Source: Marsupella aquatica (Eukaryota > Plantae > Marchantiophyta). From it: 64,000 nt of DNA. Positions 11,134 to 23,520 of the stretch are shown one piece after another. Under the pieces are notes generated by a model that saw only the letters and a list, made by a program, of their open reading frames with translations, did not search any database and was not told where the DNA came from. The translations under genes were made by a program, and so were the position numbers. The stretch spans positions 3,671,801 to 3,735,800 of the forward strand of contig OZ316891.1 of the NCBI GenBank assembly GCA_973895155.1. Reading direction: 5' to 3'. The number at the start of each line of letters is the position of its first letter. Within the stretch, counting starts at the first letter, position 1.

Positions 11134-14100
11134 CTAGTAGAGATGGTAATTTTGAGTTAAGGGAAGCTGTGATGCTGGTTCACAGATCAGTTCTTCTCCA
11201 TTTGCAGTTGTTATGTATGTCGTGGGATCAACGGTCATGACTGGGGTTGCAGAATTCAACTTCATGTCCTTCTTCCTAATATTCCGAATGTTCTTGACAG
11301 CTTCCACCCTCTTTCGGAGACCATATGATTCTTTGACTTTATTTTGCTTGGCAACCTGTGACAAGGACAGAGGTGTCAAAGAAGTAACATAATTCCAAGC
11401 CTCTCTTTTACAAGCAGTTTTTGGAAGTTTTCTCATTATGCGTGTTCATGACAGGCTACAGTACTGCAATCGAAAGTATAAGGTGAGTGAACATCGAATT
11501 CTGCGGGCTTATGACTACCCACAATCTAAGTAAATACCTGGCTCACAAACGTAAATGAATGCAGGCTTGCTCCTTGTCCAGTCGCAGCAAACATAGGTCT
11601 CATAAATTTCTGCAAGTACAGATGCTTAGACTTGTTAGATCTCTCTCCATGTATCCTTGCCACTTCTCATCAGCAATGACATTGCAACAAATCCCCCCCC
11701 CCCCCCCCGTTTAGGGATTTTCGCTTACTTAGATATATTGCAGGACAATTTAGGGTTCATTAGTCTTCTCATGCATATCGGAGGTGAGTAACTTTAATAA
11801 ACATCCTAAACCCTAAACCTAAACTCTGTAGTAGAAATTGCCATCATACTTCCTCCGTCCGACTGAAGAGGCAAAAGTGATGTGAGAAAACTTGCTCGCC
11901 AAGTATGACTTCGATGACTCTCAAACAAACCAATAGGAGTTCAGGATGGTAGGAAACAAATGATGACATCATCGAAGTTTTAGATATATTAATAGACATA
12001 GAAACTTGTGACCAAAATAGAAATTTCTATTTTTATAAGGAATAACATAGAGGTTATGAAGAAATAGATTTTTTTTCTACAATTTCGTAAATTATTAAGA
12101 ACTCTCGAGATGTGGGAAATTTGACACCTTTGCGTGGGACGGAGGTGTATAAACAAGGGTGATAGAGAGAGGGGTTAAGTGATTAGCACCGGTTGTGTAG
12201 GAGGAATGCTTGCATTGGCATCTCCCATTTGAGCCCATGCAATTGTGCCACCCTTGATGACCATTTCAGGTTTCGTCCCAAAATATCCTGGGTTCCACAA
12301 GACCAAATCGGCAAACTTTCCCACCTGCATGAATATATCCAAAATTCCAGAGAAGAATTATTGAACTCGTGATACAAAAGTCACGGCTTTCCAGACATGA
12401 TATGGAAACACAAAGAAGCAAATAGTTATTTCCTTTGACCCATATCATATCACCCATATCATATCACTCGTGACTACTGATTGTAGGAGTCTCTTCTTTC
12501 TGTGATTAGCACGATGAAGCGAGCTTGACTGTACACAGGAAAATCTGGAGCAAGTACAAACCTCGATAGACCCAATAAGATGAGAAACTCCATGGGCAAT
12601 AGCAGGGTTGATAGTGTATTTTGCAATGTATCGCTTGATGCGGAAATTATCATTTTTTTCGTTTTTCGCTTCTGGGAGCTCTCCCCTTTGCATCTTCATT
12701 TTGTGTGCAGTCTGCCAAGTGCGAGTAATGACCTGAAGATTTCCAAATGTTAAGAATCACGTTCGGTTTACTATATCCGCAAGAGCAGAAACATTGTCTC
12801 CAACAATTTCAAGAATTACTTCGAAGACGTCTCCCACAAGAAGTAAGGTGTAGCAGAAATAGCAGTATAAAGAGAGCCAAGAAAGCACTCTTAAATAGTA
12901 GCCAATCGCTTTAAAGACCTCCAACCATCAATGTAAGAGAAATCTGAAGAGAAACCAACAAAGAGTACTTGATTTCATAATTTGTAAAAAAGAACGTATA
13001 TTGACTATGATGTTACTCACCTCTCCAACCCTGCCCATGGCCTGTGAATCAGATGAGATCATGCTGAGAGCTCCCATATCATGCAATATGTCCTCAGCAG
13101 CAATAGTGTTGGCACGTATCCGAGAGTCAGCAAATGCAACATCCTCCTCAATGTTCTTGTCCAGATGATGACAGACCATCTAACACGAAAGAGTTAAGAG
13201 ACAGAGTCAGTATGCTTGAGAAAATGGAAATGATTCCTCATCTCAAGCCCACATTGCCAACACAAGGGCATTATTTTGCCGTATCTCTGGGTAGAGTTGG
13301 ACGCTTTTCTCGAAGTGATGAGAACCGCATACCAGCATGTCACGATGCTCAGCAATTGTGTTGGTTGTAAAAGGCCTTGTGGGATTAGTCGAGGACGGAA
13401 GAACGTTTTCCATACCGCAGACTTTGATGATATCTGGAGCATGGCCACCTCCCGCCCCCTCACTGTCAATGAGAAAACGATCGCATCAAAAACAGCTGCT
13501 GTTCGACGTCATTCCGGCGCAAAGAATGCAGTGGCCCAAACCTGGTGTTCTATACAGCTCTCTTCTAGTGGAAAATCAAGTCACATTCTGATTTGAAAGC
13601 CTTTTAGCCTCCGGTCCAACAGCTCGGTACTGCTGATCAGATGAGTCCGTGTTCATGGATGGGAGCCAAGGCTATTGAACCGAAAGATTAGGGATACCTG
13701 TGATAAGTGTGAATGCCACGGTTCTTAAAAGCTTTGATTGAGTCTTCCACACATCCGGACTCATTCAATGTATCTGTATGGATCGTAACCTGTGAGAAAC
13801 GTTCTATTCACAAGTTAAGAGCCGAGCGATCACTGCGAATAGTTCAACACAGGCTGCTGTGGGGAGCCGGTTGTCTTAAAGATTGAAGAGGAAGTATTTT
13901 TTCGTGAGAGGGTAGATGCAAAAAATCGTCAACCCAGGACCAATAATACTTGAATGAGTCTTAGAAAATATGACCGAAGTACTTTGACCAGTGTGCATGA
14001 GACCAGACCAGAAATTCTCTGTCGAAGGTTGTGACATGACAATGGCTATTAAATTCTACCTGTATGTCGTATTTCTCAGCAACTTCGAGGCAGTTATCAA

Positions 14101-17100
14101 TCGCTGCAGGTGTAGTGCCCCAATCTTCATGAAGTTTTAGCCCAATAGCTCCTGCTTCGATAATATCAGAAAGCCCTTCTGGAGCTGAAGAATTTCCCTG
14201 GACATGATGTGGCAATCAATTATGAGCTTTAAATACTTTCATAACTCATAACTACTAACACCTGCCCATGGGAAGTAGGATAAGCACCGATGAGATAAGT
14301 TTATAGCACGATCTCCATAGTTGTTAATAGTGTTCGCTGAAGAAACCTACTTAGTTAAGAATCCTCTGACCAGGAAGCCAGGATGCACTTCATACTTTCT
14401 ATCGGCTGAAATCCTACAGTATGAGGAAAAACATTAATCAGTGGTGGACACCACCTTGCCGGTAAAACCAAAGTTCATAGGTAGCTCATCAGTGGCCACC
14501 ATCATTGACTGCATCTGCTCCGGAGCTGGTGTGCATGTGGTTGCCAAAGTACCGTGAGCTGGTCCTGTTCCTCCACCAATTAGCGTTGTTAAACCTGCAG
14601 AATATGAACCTCAAAATGTTAGGCTGTCTAGAAAGCTTTACTATTGCGTAGCGAGTCCATGCCTATTAAGATCCTTCCTATCACACGGCCAATTTGATAT
14701 AAAACCAAAATTTTCTTTCATTAAATATTTAGGTTCATTGAATCATACTAGAAGAGCTTTTGCATGAACGTAAATACAGGATTTACCAGTTTCGAAAGCA
14801 ATGTCAAGTTGGATGAAACTAGCACGAGGGATAAAAATATCCAGAACAGAAGAAATCTTCTCACGTACATTTCTATCATTGCAGAGGCTTTCGACAATTA
14901 CAAAGATGTTGCTACAGATGGAGGTCAAGAAAAAGACGACAACTCACCGCCAGCAATGGCTTCGTTGACAATTTGAGGACAAATGAAATGAATGTGAGAG
15001 TCTATACCACCTGCGGTTAAAATTGACCTTTCTCCAGCAATCGCTTCCGTATTAACCTTATGTGACAATATAAGAAAGACATGTGACCCTCAGTAGAGAT
15101 TTTATTGACGCTACTTGAAGGTACTGTTTCTCCGTTGCAATAGTAATCAAATTCTACCTTACAAAACTTTTGTACCACCGATCTTGGACCTTCAAGCCTT
15201 GGCTTCCTAGAAAGAACACAAAAAATGATTTGTTGCACAACCGGAAAGATTTCAACAGCTCTGACGTCACACTCTGAAGAACTTACCCCAACAACCATGT
15301 TCGGGTAAACACCATCCATGACATCAGGATTTCCAGCCTTTCCAATCCCTGTGATAAACCCTCCCTTGATCCCTATGTCTGCCTTGTAGATCCCTGTGTA
15401 GTCAATCACCAAAGCATTTGTGATGACAACATCAAGGGCATCTTTTGCTCTATACCCATTTGCCTGCCCCATCCCTTCCCTCAATACCTTGCCACCTCCA
15501 AATATGCATTCGTCTCCATATACTGCAAAGTCCTTCTCCACTTCTGCAACAAGATTGGTGTCACCCAGCCTTACCTTGTCACCAACCGTAGGGCCAAAGA
15601 TGTTTGTGTACTGCTGCCTTGTAACACTGAGTGACAACTCGTCAACGTCTCCAGACGTCCCATGACTGAACATCAGTAGAAGAGAAAGTCAAAAATATTT
15701 TCCTTCACGAAGAACGAGTCACTAACTCTGTACAAGCATTTGAACTTGGTCTCTTTAAAGAACATCTCACAGATATGAATTCCTTTTGACATTGTAGTGG
15801 ATGAGAGTTTATTTTCCTCGTCCTCAAATTAATGATTGGTTGATCAAATGAACCAAACTTAGGACCAAAGACTAAATCCTAAATTGAGATGGATTGAGAA
15901 CCATGCAAGGCCCAAGCAGGAGCTCTGATTGCACCAAATAATCAGGCTATAGGGAAGGTATAACACAAGAGCAATTGGAGAACCATTTTATCTGCGGCAC
16001 TCCTTTCAAGGTAAGTACAGGCAATTCGCTTAAACTCAATATTAGGAGGAAGTATTACATTGCCTTCTTGTCCTCGGAGTGACCAAATCCACCAACTTCA
16101 ACAGCTTTCATGATTCTTGGAAGCTGGGCTTGATCAACAACACCAGTTGCAAGGCCATTGCCCCCAGTGATTCTCTTTTTACCTCCAATTTCAACCAGTA
16201 CTACTTCTTTGGTTATGCCAGCCTGAAATGCAACGTTCCACTTGAAATCAGGCTTCCAAGACCGATGAAGTTTTCCATGAACGATGGACAACCCCTTTGA
16301 GTTCATACGTTTTGAAAAAGTCGAGACACAGAGAGCACGGATGTATACCTCAAATCGAACAGCTGTGCCGGCAAGAATGTTAAGCCGCTTGCCACAAGCC
16401 TCCTTTCGATCAAACACAAGAAAGGCATTGGTTTCAATAAAGTGGTAGTGGCTTCCGACCTGGAAAACAACCGTAATTTAGAACCTCATTATACGATTGA
16501 CAAGTGAAAGACAAACTGATCAGGAATATCGTATTTGGCAATGAAAACAAGTCGCAAGCATCATCCTTCCAAGGTGAGAAAGCTCGAAATAGGGCTTACA
16601 CCTGATGTCAGTCTGTCAGCAAGTTCTAACTGTGATCAGTTAGATTCGATTCCAAAGTTCATAAATACAACAGGGCAAGCTAAAGAGCCAAGTGCATTTG
16701 TACCCACGTCTCAATTTGAATGGTGCTCAATCAAGCATAGATGGAGAAAGTACCACTTGCCTGGATAGGACGATCTCCTTTATTCGTAACAGAGAGCTTG
16801 ACTGCCTTGCGTTTCAAATTAACCTTAATATTCTCAGGCGAAAGAATCAACTCCCCAGGCACTTCTCCTATTTCCGCAGGGCCCTCGAAATCTGACAACG
16901 GTGGAACTGCGGAAAGTGGTCTTCAATATTCAATACGAAGGTTTGATTGGATGTATCGTCAGATCTGCTCAATCTCTGTACCAACATGAACTTGTGTGCT
17001 CTAATTATGCATGCTAAGTCTGGCCTTGTCCACGTCTAAGAGCACAAGAATGTAAAACTTACGGCAAAGTAACTAACAAGATATAAAAATTTCTATTGGC

Positions 17101-18256
17101 CAATTTAGAATCTGTGAACTACAAAGCCTTCATCGGGTGAAGGGTGATTCCATCAAGAGAATATGAAGGATGAACTTTAGACATGTACATACGCAGTAAG
17201 TTTCACAACACCTGGTAAGAATGAACCCTGTAAGGCCAGTCTAAGATCACCATGCTCGAGTGGAAAGGGGTCAGTGACTGTCACAAGCTTCGTGCCATCA
17301 GGAAATGTTCCCTCCAGCTGATGGAAATTCAAAAGACCCACAATGTCTTAGTTACATTCTTGTCAACAGGATGGCAGGCTCTGCCTTGGTAGGACCGACC
17401 GAAAAGAACAAGTCTAGCAAAGATGGCCAGAACTGCACGACGGACAGCGCCCCTCTTCGGTGCGCAGGAAAAAAATCTTGCAGCTTTACAATCCAGTCAT
17501 GACGCCAATCCATCTCTGCACATGAGGCCTACAGTTTGACCGACTAAACTGAGAGAATTGTAAATGTGGCACACCTGGATATCCCCCACAAGATACGGAA
17601 CAGCATGCCGAACTTGCTTCCTGCAAGCACCATCGCACTCAAAAGAAAAACAAGTGCCACGTTCAGACTTCACAAGACCACTCTAGTTCATTCCGGCAGA
17701 TCTCTGGACCAACGACCTTTAGCCTTATCCCTCCATTTCAGCCCATTCTGGTAGCTGGGAAACAAATTCTCGGTGGTATTCCACCACGAGAAGCACCACT
17801 AAGCTTGATCTCCCTCCCCTTAATTTTCAGTCCAACAGGAAATAAATTGATGCTTACCTCCCGAGGAGCTGCCTGCCAATGTTCATCAACTCCGCGACTG
17901 ACGTCTTCCCTTCTCTTATAAATTCCAACACCTGTTGAAAAATCGGCCGGATGGTAAGACCCCAAACGTAGAACTGCAGTCATTCGAATACATCGATTCG
18001 AAATCCATCTTTTCAAGACTCGTCAGAAAAGGGAGGCTCCACTTTCAGCACCCAAGAGAACATGTAACCATGAACCAGAAAAGTGGACTGAAATGGCTTG
18101 TTAAACCCAACCAATATTGATCAATTGCACCTGGCAAGCTATCAAAGCGACAGCTTCGGGAGCGTTGAGGCGAATTCCACTAGCCAGTCGTTTCTGGGCA
18201 AGAAAGCCAGCCTGACTGATGGCGATCTTATCAATTTCTCTTGGTAGGAGCTTCAT
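11134..18256 (-). CDS. URE: Urease (single-chain plant type), 18 exons; first 18131-18256, last 11134-11355
   Basis: [101 protein letters not shown]; Ni-binding motifs present. Confidence 0.98.
11849..12147. mobile_element. Probable Stowaway-like MITE in urease intron 16
   Basis: TA|CTTCCTCCGTCC ... GGACGGAGGTG|TA with AT-rich interior; right TIR is imperfect. Confidence 0.5.
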
Positions 18257-19006
18257 TTCCACAGAGTTTCAGACTACAACGGCGTGTAGTGTCGTATTGT
18301 CGGCATAGACTAACCGACAGTTCACGTTGGTTCACCTCTTCGTCTGCACCACGCCGCAAGATGAAAAATGTGCGAGTCTTGAGCTCAATTGACACTACCT
18401 GGATCCATAAACCCAAACACAACACGGAGACCATTTTCAATCTCAAAGCCACGGTGCAGAATAATCCTACGGCAGCTCGGGCGAACTGTGAGAATTCAAT
18501 TTGTCTCTCTTCCTTACTGCAGAAATAAAAAAATCTGGTGCTCAGAAAACAGCAAGGGATGGGAGATCAAATAACCAACAAGGGTACAGCCTTTGCTACA
18601 AAAAGGGTACAGCCGTTGCCTCCCAAGATGGACCGGAGCTCACATTCCTCGCATGGAGTTGGAATCATTTTCAAAAAATTATTCCGAGGAAAAGCCAAGA
18701 AATTTCCTGGTGTTTTGAGCATTCCGTAAACAGCACAGCTACAAGAAATTAGTGAAATTGGTTTCTTGGGATATGGAAGTAGATGTATGCTTGCAACCAA
18801 CTTACGTAGAAGGGATGCACTAGTGATTGTGAGAGTACCACAGGAACGGTTCTTCACAGAGATCGCGAGAGGGGATCTTCAATTCGGTTGAACATCTGAG
18901 AAAATCTGAGCCCAGGGATGCCCACACAGACCAGAGAGAGCGCCCCGAGCCGCCGCACGAAGTCAGCCACCATAGCGCATCCCACCTATACACGAGTGGG
19001 CATAGA

Positions 19007-19048
19007 ATGAGAGAGAGAGAGAGAGAGAGGGAAGGGCAGAGAGAGAGA
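19007..19048. repeat. (GA)n microsatellite upstream of urease
   Basis: GAGAGA runs; CT-rich on the urease sense strand, as often seen in plant 5' leaders. Confidence 0.8.
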
Positions 19049-19388
19049 ACAGAGCACAAAATCCCACAGAAAGAGCATCTTTCACCCATACCGGGCCTTC
19101 AGCCGGGAGAGACAAAATCAGAGGAAACTAAAAATACCTGTGGTTCAATTGAGCTCAAATGCAATGCAGGGATGTCATACCCATAGCAAGAACGCCACCA
19201 ATTGCCGAGGCCAGCCAGCCTACAGATATGTTCTTGCTTTGATTTGGTTTCTGCCTCTCTTCTCTTCTCTTCTCTCATTTGAGCAACACCAGGAAAACAA
19301 TGCTCATTCATAATCAGCGCCAACTCTGCCGAGAATCACGGCTACTGATTGAGCTGTGGATAGAGTGATCACTGGAAAGCATTGCAGC

Positions 19389-19474
19389 ACCTGCTTGAAT
19401 CCCACCTGCTCCTGTAGCCCATCCCAATACAACCTGCTTGAATCTCACCTGCTACTGTAGCCCATTCCAATACA
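19389..19474. repeat. 43-bp tandem duplication
   Basis: acctgcttgaatc(c/t)cacctgct(c/a)ctgtagcccat(c/t)ccaataca x2. Confidence 0.9.
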
Positions 19475-21255
19475 ATACTTCGAGAAAAATCACAAAACTC
19501 TTTACGATAGCGAGGAGAGTGTTGTTAGCTACTGAGTCCTTTTTTCTTTATTCATATCTCTTAGGGAACGTGGAATGACGCTTATTTGATTGTTTCACAC
19601 CAAAAAAGAATACATTTGTTTTTGCTCTTGGAAATGTAGTTTTCTTATCAAGTATTATTGACTACTCCACCTCACAACTTGTTATCAAGTCCTCCAAGAT
19701 ACCCCACAATGTACTCCCTCTCTGTGGTCTGGGGTTAAGTGTTGTCATCACCCTGCCCTCAATCTCTCATAGAATAGACCCACTTACAAAAACTTTCACT
19801 CAGGTGTAGTGACTTGTGGCTTTGTTTGACACCAAAACGCACTAGGGCAATGGAATGCCAATGACCATCAAGGAAAAAGGGAGCCACAAAAAGGTTTAAA
19901 CACAAACTAATTCATATGTTTTGAATGGAAACTATGAATATCCGGACCTCCTATCATTTGTCCAACTTCTGCCTCTTTAGTACACCATGCTACTCTTCCC
20001 ACCTCACTACTTTGGATGAGCGCCCTTATGTGATTCTAAGTTTCTTCCACATCTACAATGAGTTCCCCCTCGGCACATACAACTAAGTGTCTCCAAGTCT
20101 TCAAGTTGGATCCAAGCACACACACATCGTCTGGCACATCGTGTGGCCACCACCTTCCTTGGTGGTGCCACTAAATCTCAACGTCATCTAGCCTAAAATA
20201 TGCAACATACACATGTGTCAACAATCCTATCATATCCTAAGGGTGATTGTCAGTGCCTTAAGCAATACCCACAATTGTAATTGTGCTAAGCAATGACTCT
20301 CTTCAGTCCACTACTTCCTATTTACTCTACATCTCCATTCAAACTCAACGGTCCACCATGCTCCTCTGTCTGGGTTTTTGTGTTTGCCATTGATCCTCCA
20401 TAAAAGTAGGAAACCCCATAAATTTTCAAAACTAAAATTATCTCAGAATGTACTTCTGAGAAATACAAATGGATAGCCTTTTTCTTGATTACAACCGTGA
20501 AAGCAATTTACAAAACCAACTTTAAACGACCAAGACATGACCATCTGAGTTTAAAGTGCAATTGTGTCATTGTCTTGCTCTGTTTTGTTTGCACAACAAA
20601 AGCTGGTACCACTAGTAGAAAATGGGGTCGATTATGACCCAACTACTTAGGACTCATGCAACTTACCCCTGTCATTTTCTAAGACTACAAATCATTTATA
20701 ATGACTCAAACTGGCATGGAGTCATTTAGATCACTCTGTTACTGACTATTGCCATACAAGGTTAGTGAAAAAGGTTTTGGAGGCCACTCTATACTCTGCC
20801 CCTCCTTACATGACCCCCCTCACTCGCCTCCTATGTCGATCCATATTGCAACTCCGGCTGGCGCAATTTTAGCCGCCCAGCAGTTGCCTCCACTTGACTC
20901 ACCTTGACTCGATCAAGTTGACTTGAGTCAACTTGCCTCAACGCTTCCAAAGGTTTGTGGTAAATCCTAAACCCTGAACTCGGTTTTTCCATTTGAGGTA
21001 CGTACTATGTGCACACAACGGAATGGCCCAGTCCTTCCCGAACCTGTTCAAAGGAAATGACTTGACCGACCGTTATTTTATCACCGGGTTGGAGGGAAGA
21101 ACACCTTAAAGTTTACAACCTGACTAGTTTACCCACACAGCTTCACGCCTTGACCTAATCTTATGAAGGGCGCTAAGGTTCCTTCTTGTTACTTTTTGGA
21201 TCATACTTTTTGTCCGCCTGTCCCCGCCAATGAGTATTTGGTTAGTTGAATCATC

Positions 21256-23028
21256 ATGAATCTTTACAAGATGGAGAAGGAAGCAACGACCACAAAGTGG
21301 GCCACGAAGTCACCAAAAGCACGGGAGATTCAAACAGTGGTACCAGTCGATTTGATTGAATTGAAGGCATTGTGTAGCACACTGAAGGTGATGCACTTAG
21401 AAGGACTGTTACGAATTCCAGTGTGATTTTGGATTTCCTCTTTGGTAAACGTGCTACTTGACAAAGGGGATCAATTTGTGCTCAACTTGTGAACTGGACC
21501 AAAGTTTTCATCGGGAAAGTTTATGGAATTGCTGCCTCTCTGGTGACAGAAAATGTGATCCGAATGGCCAATTCTTTGTCGTAGCTGATAAGTACTTCGC
21601 ATCTGAGGAGAGGAGGCGAAAGGAGGGATGGAAGACTATCCATTGCACTCATCTAGAGGTCAGATGTCTTTTTGAAATTCTCAATCCCATTCTACATCCG
21701 GAAAGGCCTGGGAAAATCACTCTCTCTATTGCAATTATTGTCGTGGCTTCATTTGAAGGAATGTTGAAGGTTGATTGGGCTCACATTCTCCAGGAGCTAA
21801 TTTATACTCAGGTCCAGCAATTATTCTCAAGTTCCAAGCTTTATGTATCTCCTTTCCTTTTTCATATCTATCACCATTCTGGTTGTTTGAGCTTTGAGGA
21901 AAATAGTTGTTGGGAGAATGTCATTCACCTACGGCCTGTACCACTGTTGCCTTAAATTCCTATCAAATTGTCTCTTTCTGATCGTGACATTGTTGAAGCC
22001 CTAGCGGGAGCCCTAGTTGATCTCTTACATTGTGACAGGAGATCAGCTCCTTCCAGTAACTAAGCGATTGAGGAAAGAAGCTATCACCCGATCAGAGCTG
22101 GGAACTTCATCATTTACTCCACCTTCCTCTCCATTGTTTGAAACTGCTGCTTAAGACATTGGTCATCTTCAACCTCAGCAAAAACTATTCCTGTTGCTGA
22201 TTTTATTATATTGATTCAGATAAAATTTGTGCACTGGCTAATCCCGATGAGCACCCTGTTGTTATACCCAAATTGGTGGAATCTAATACTCCTATTGAAG
22301 TTCCTGTGGATATTTCTACATCAGATTTTGGAAGAAAATTACCCATGGATGAAGTTTTAGTTTATGTTCACTTTCCTACAAAAGAAGTGGAACCTACACC
22401 CAAAGTTAACAAGGTAGGAAGTACTCTAGATTTCTTTGCTGAGCTTGTTGAGAAGGTAATCCTTCATGCTGGCATCGACCCTATTGAATTGTACTGGATG
22501 CTAGCATTATGGATCACCTACAGAAAGAGGATATTAAATGTAGCAGTTATTCCTATTGAAGACCAGACGCTCCATGCTATTGATGAGGATTCAATCTCAC
22601 AAGGAGGTGTCTTTGATTCTAATACATTTCCTGCTATACCTAACAATTCTGGTGATCAAGGACCTTTCGATTTGCCAAAGGAGTCAAGCTTTAAATCTCC
22701 CATTCATGTTAGATCTATTGCTATTCCTGAGATACCTGCACTACCTTGGCACGATTTTGTATTACCTCCATCACCTACTCCTACTCGCTCTGAAACTGCA
22801 AACAAAGGTACAGAAAAGCTGCCTGAGATTGTTGTCATTCAACCTCTTCAACCTCATGAACCTATGGCCAATGTCTCTCGATGGCACTTCATGGGTTTCA
22901 GTGGGAAAAAAAACTTTATGAGAGATTGTGAAATTTGTGGTAATATTCTTGGGCATAGTGGTTGTCACTCTCTACCTTTTGCAATGCTTGTGGATGTTTT
23001 CAGTAGGGCGGTTCTAAAAATTAGTTAG
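21256..23028 (+). pseudogene. Decayed internal ORF(s) of the CACTA element, TE accessory (PMD/Transposase_28-like?) family
   Basis: Protein-like run LKVMHLEGLLRIP..KYF..EGWKT..FEILNPILHPERPGKIT..VDWAHIL..YVSPFLFHIY broken by a stop and a frameshift; second ORF 22273-23028 unidentified. Confidence 0.5.
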
Positions 23029-23520
23029 TTCTCCTTGCTCATTTTGAATGATCTGTTCATTTTTCTTCTTATGATACTAGTGATTGTGACTCATTCATTG
23101 GCTATGACACAAGTAGTAATTAGTTACAACTGAGAGACTCCTCAATTGTAATTGTTTAAACCCTAAACCCAATCCATACATACAACCAAGACAGTCATCA
23201 ATTATCACTCTTGTGGTCACTACTTATGACATGAATAGCAGTTTATTACAACCAGGCAAGTCATTTGTAATGATCAGTGAAGTGGTGTTTTAGAACAAAA
23301 TCAGTATTTGGTTATAACTAGGACAACAATATATTGTGGCAATAGTATGAGTCATTAAAAGGACTAGTAAAGTCATTTGCTATGACTGGTGAAGTCTATT
23401 ATGTACTGGCAAGTGAGTTTGTTTGTAATTACTAGTGGAACCATTTGTTATGACAAGTGGAGTAGTTTTTAACAACAGGGAGAGCTATTTCGTATAACTA
23501 GAGGAGTGTTCTTGGAGCCA

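Noticed and set aside
7949-18256. Bacterial horizontal transfer of a ure operon
   Set aside because: Single-chain plant urease with 18 exons and plant-type ureD; no ureE/F/G seen
19099-19323. Possible upstream urease exon or uORF
   Set aside because: No homology recognised and TSS unknown
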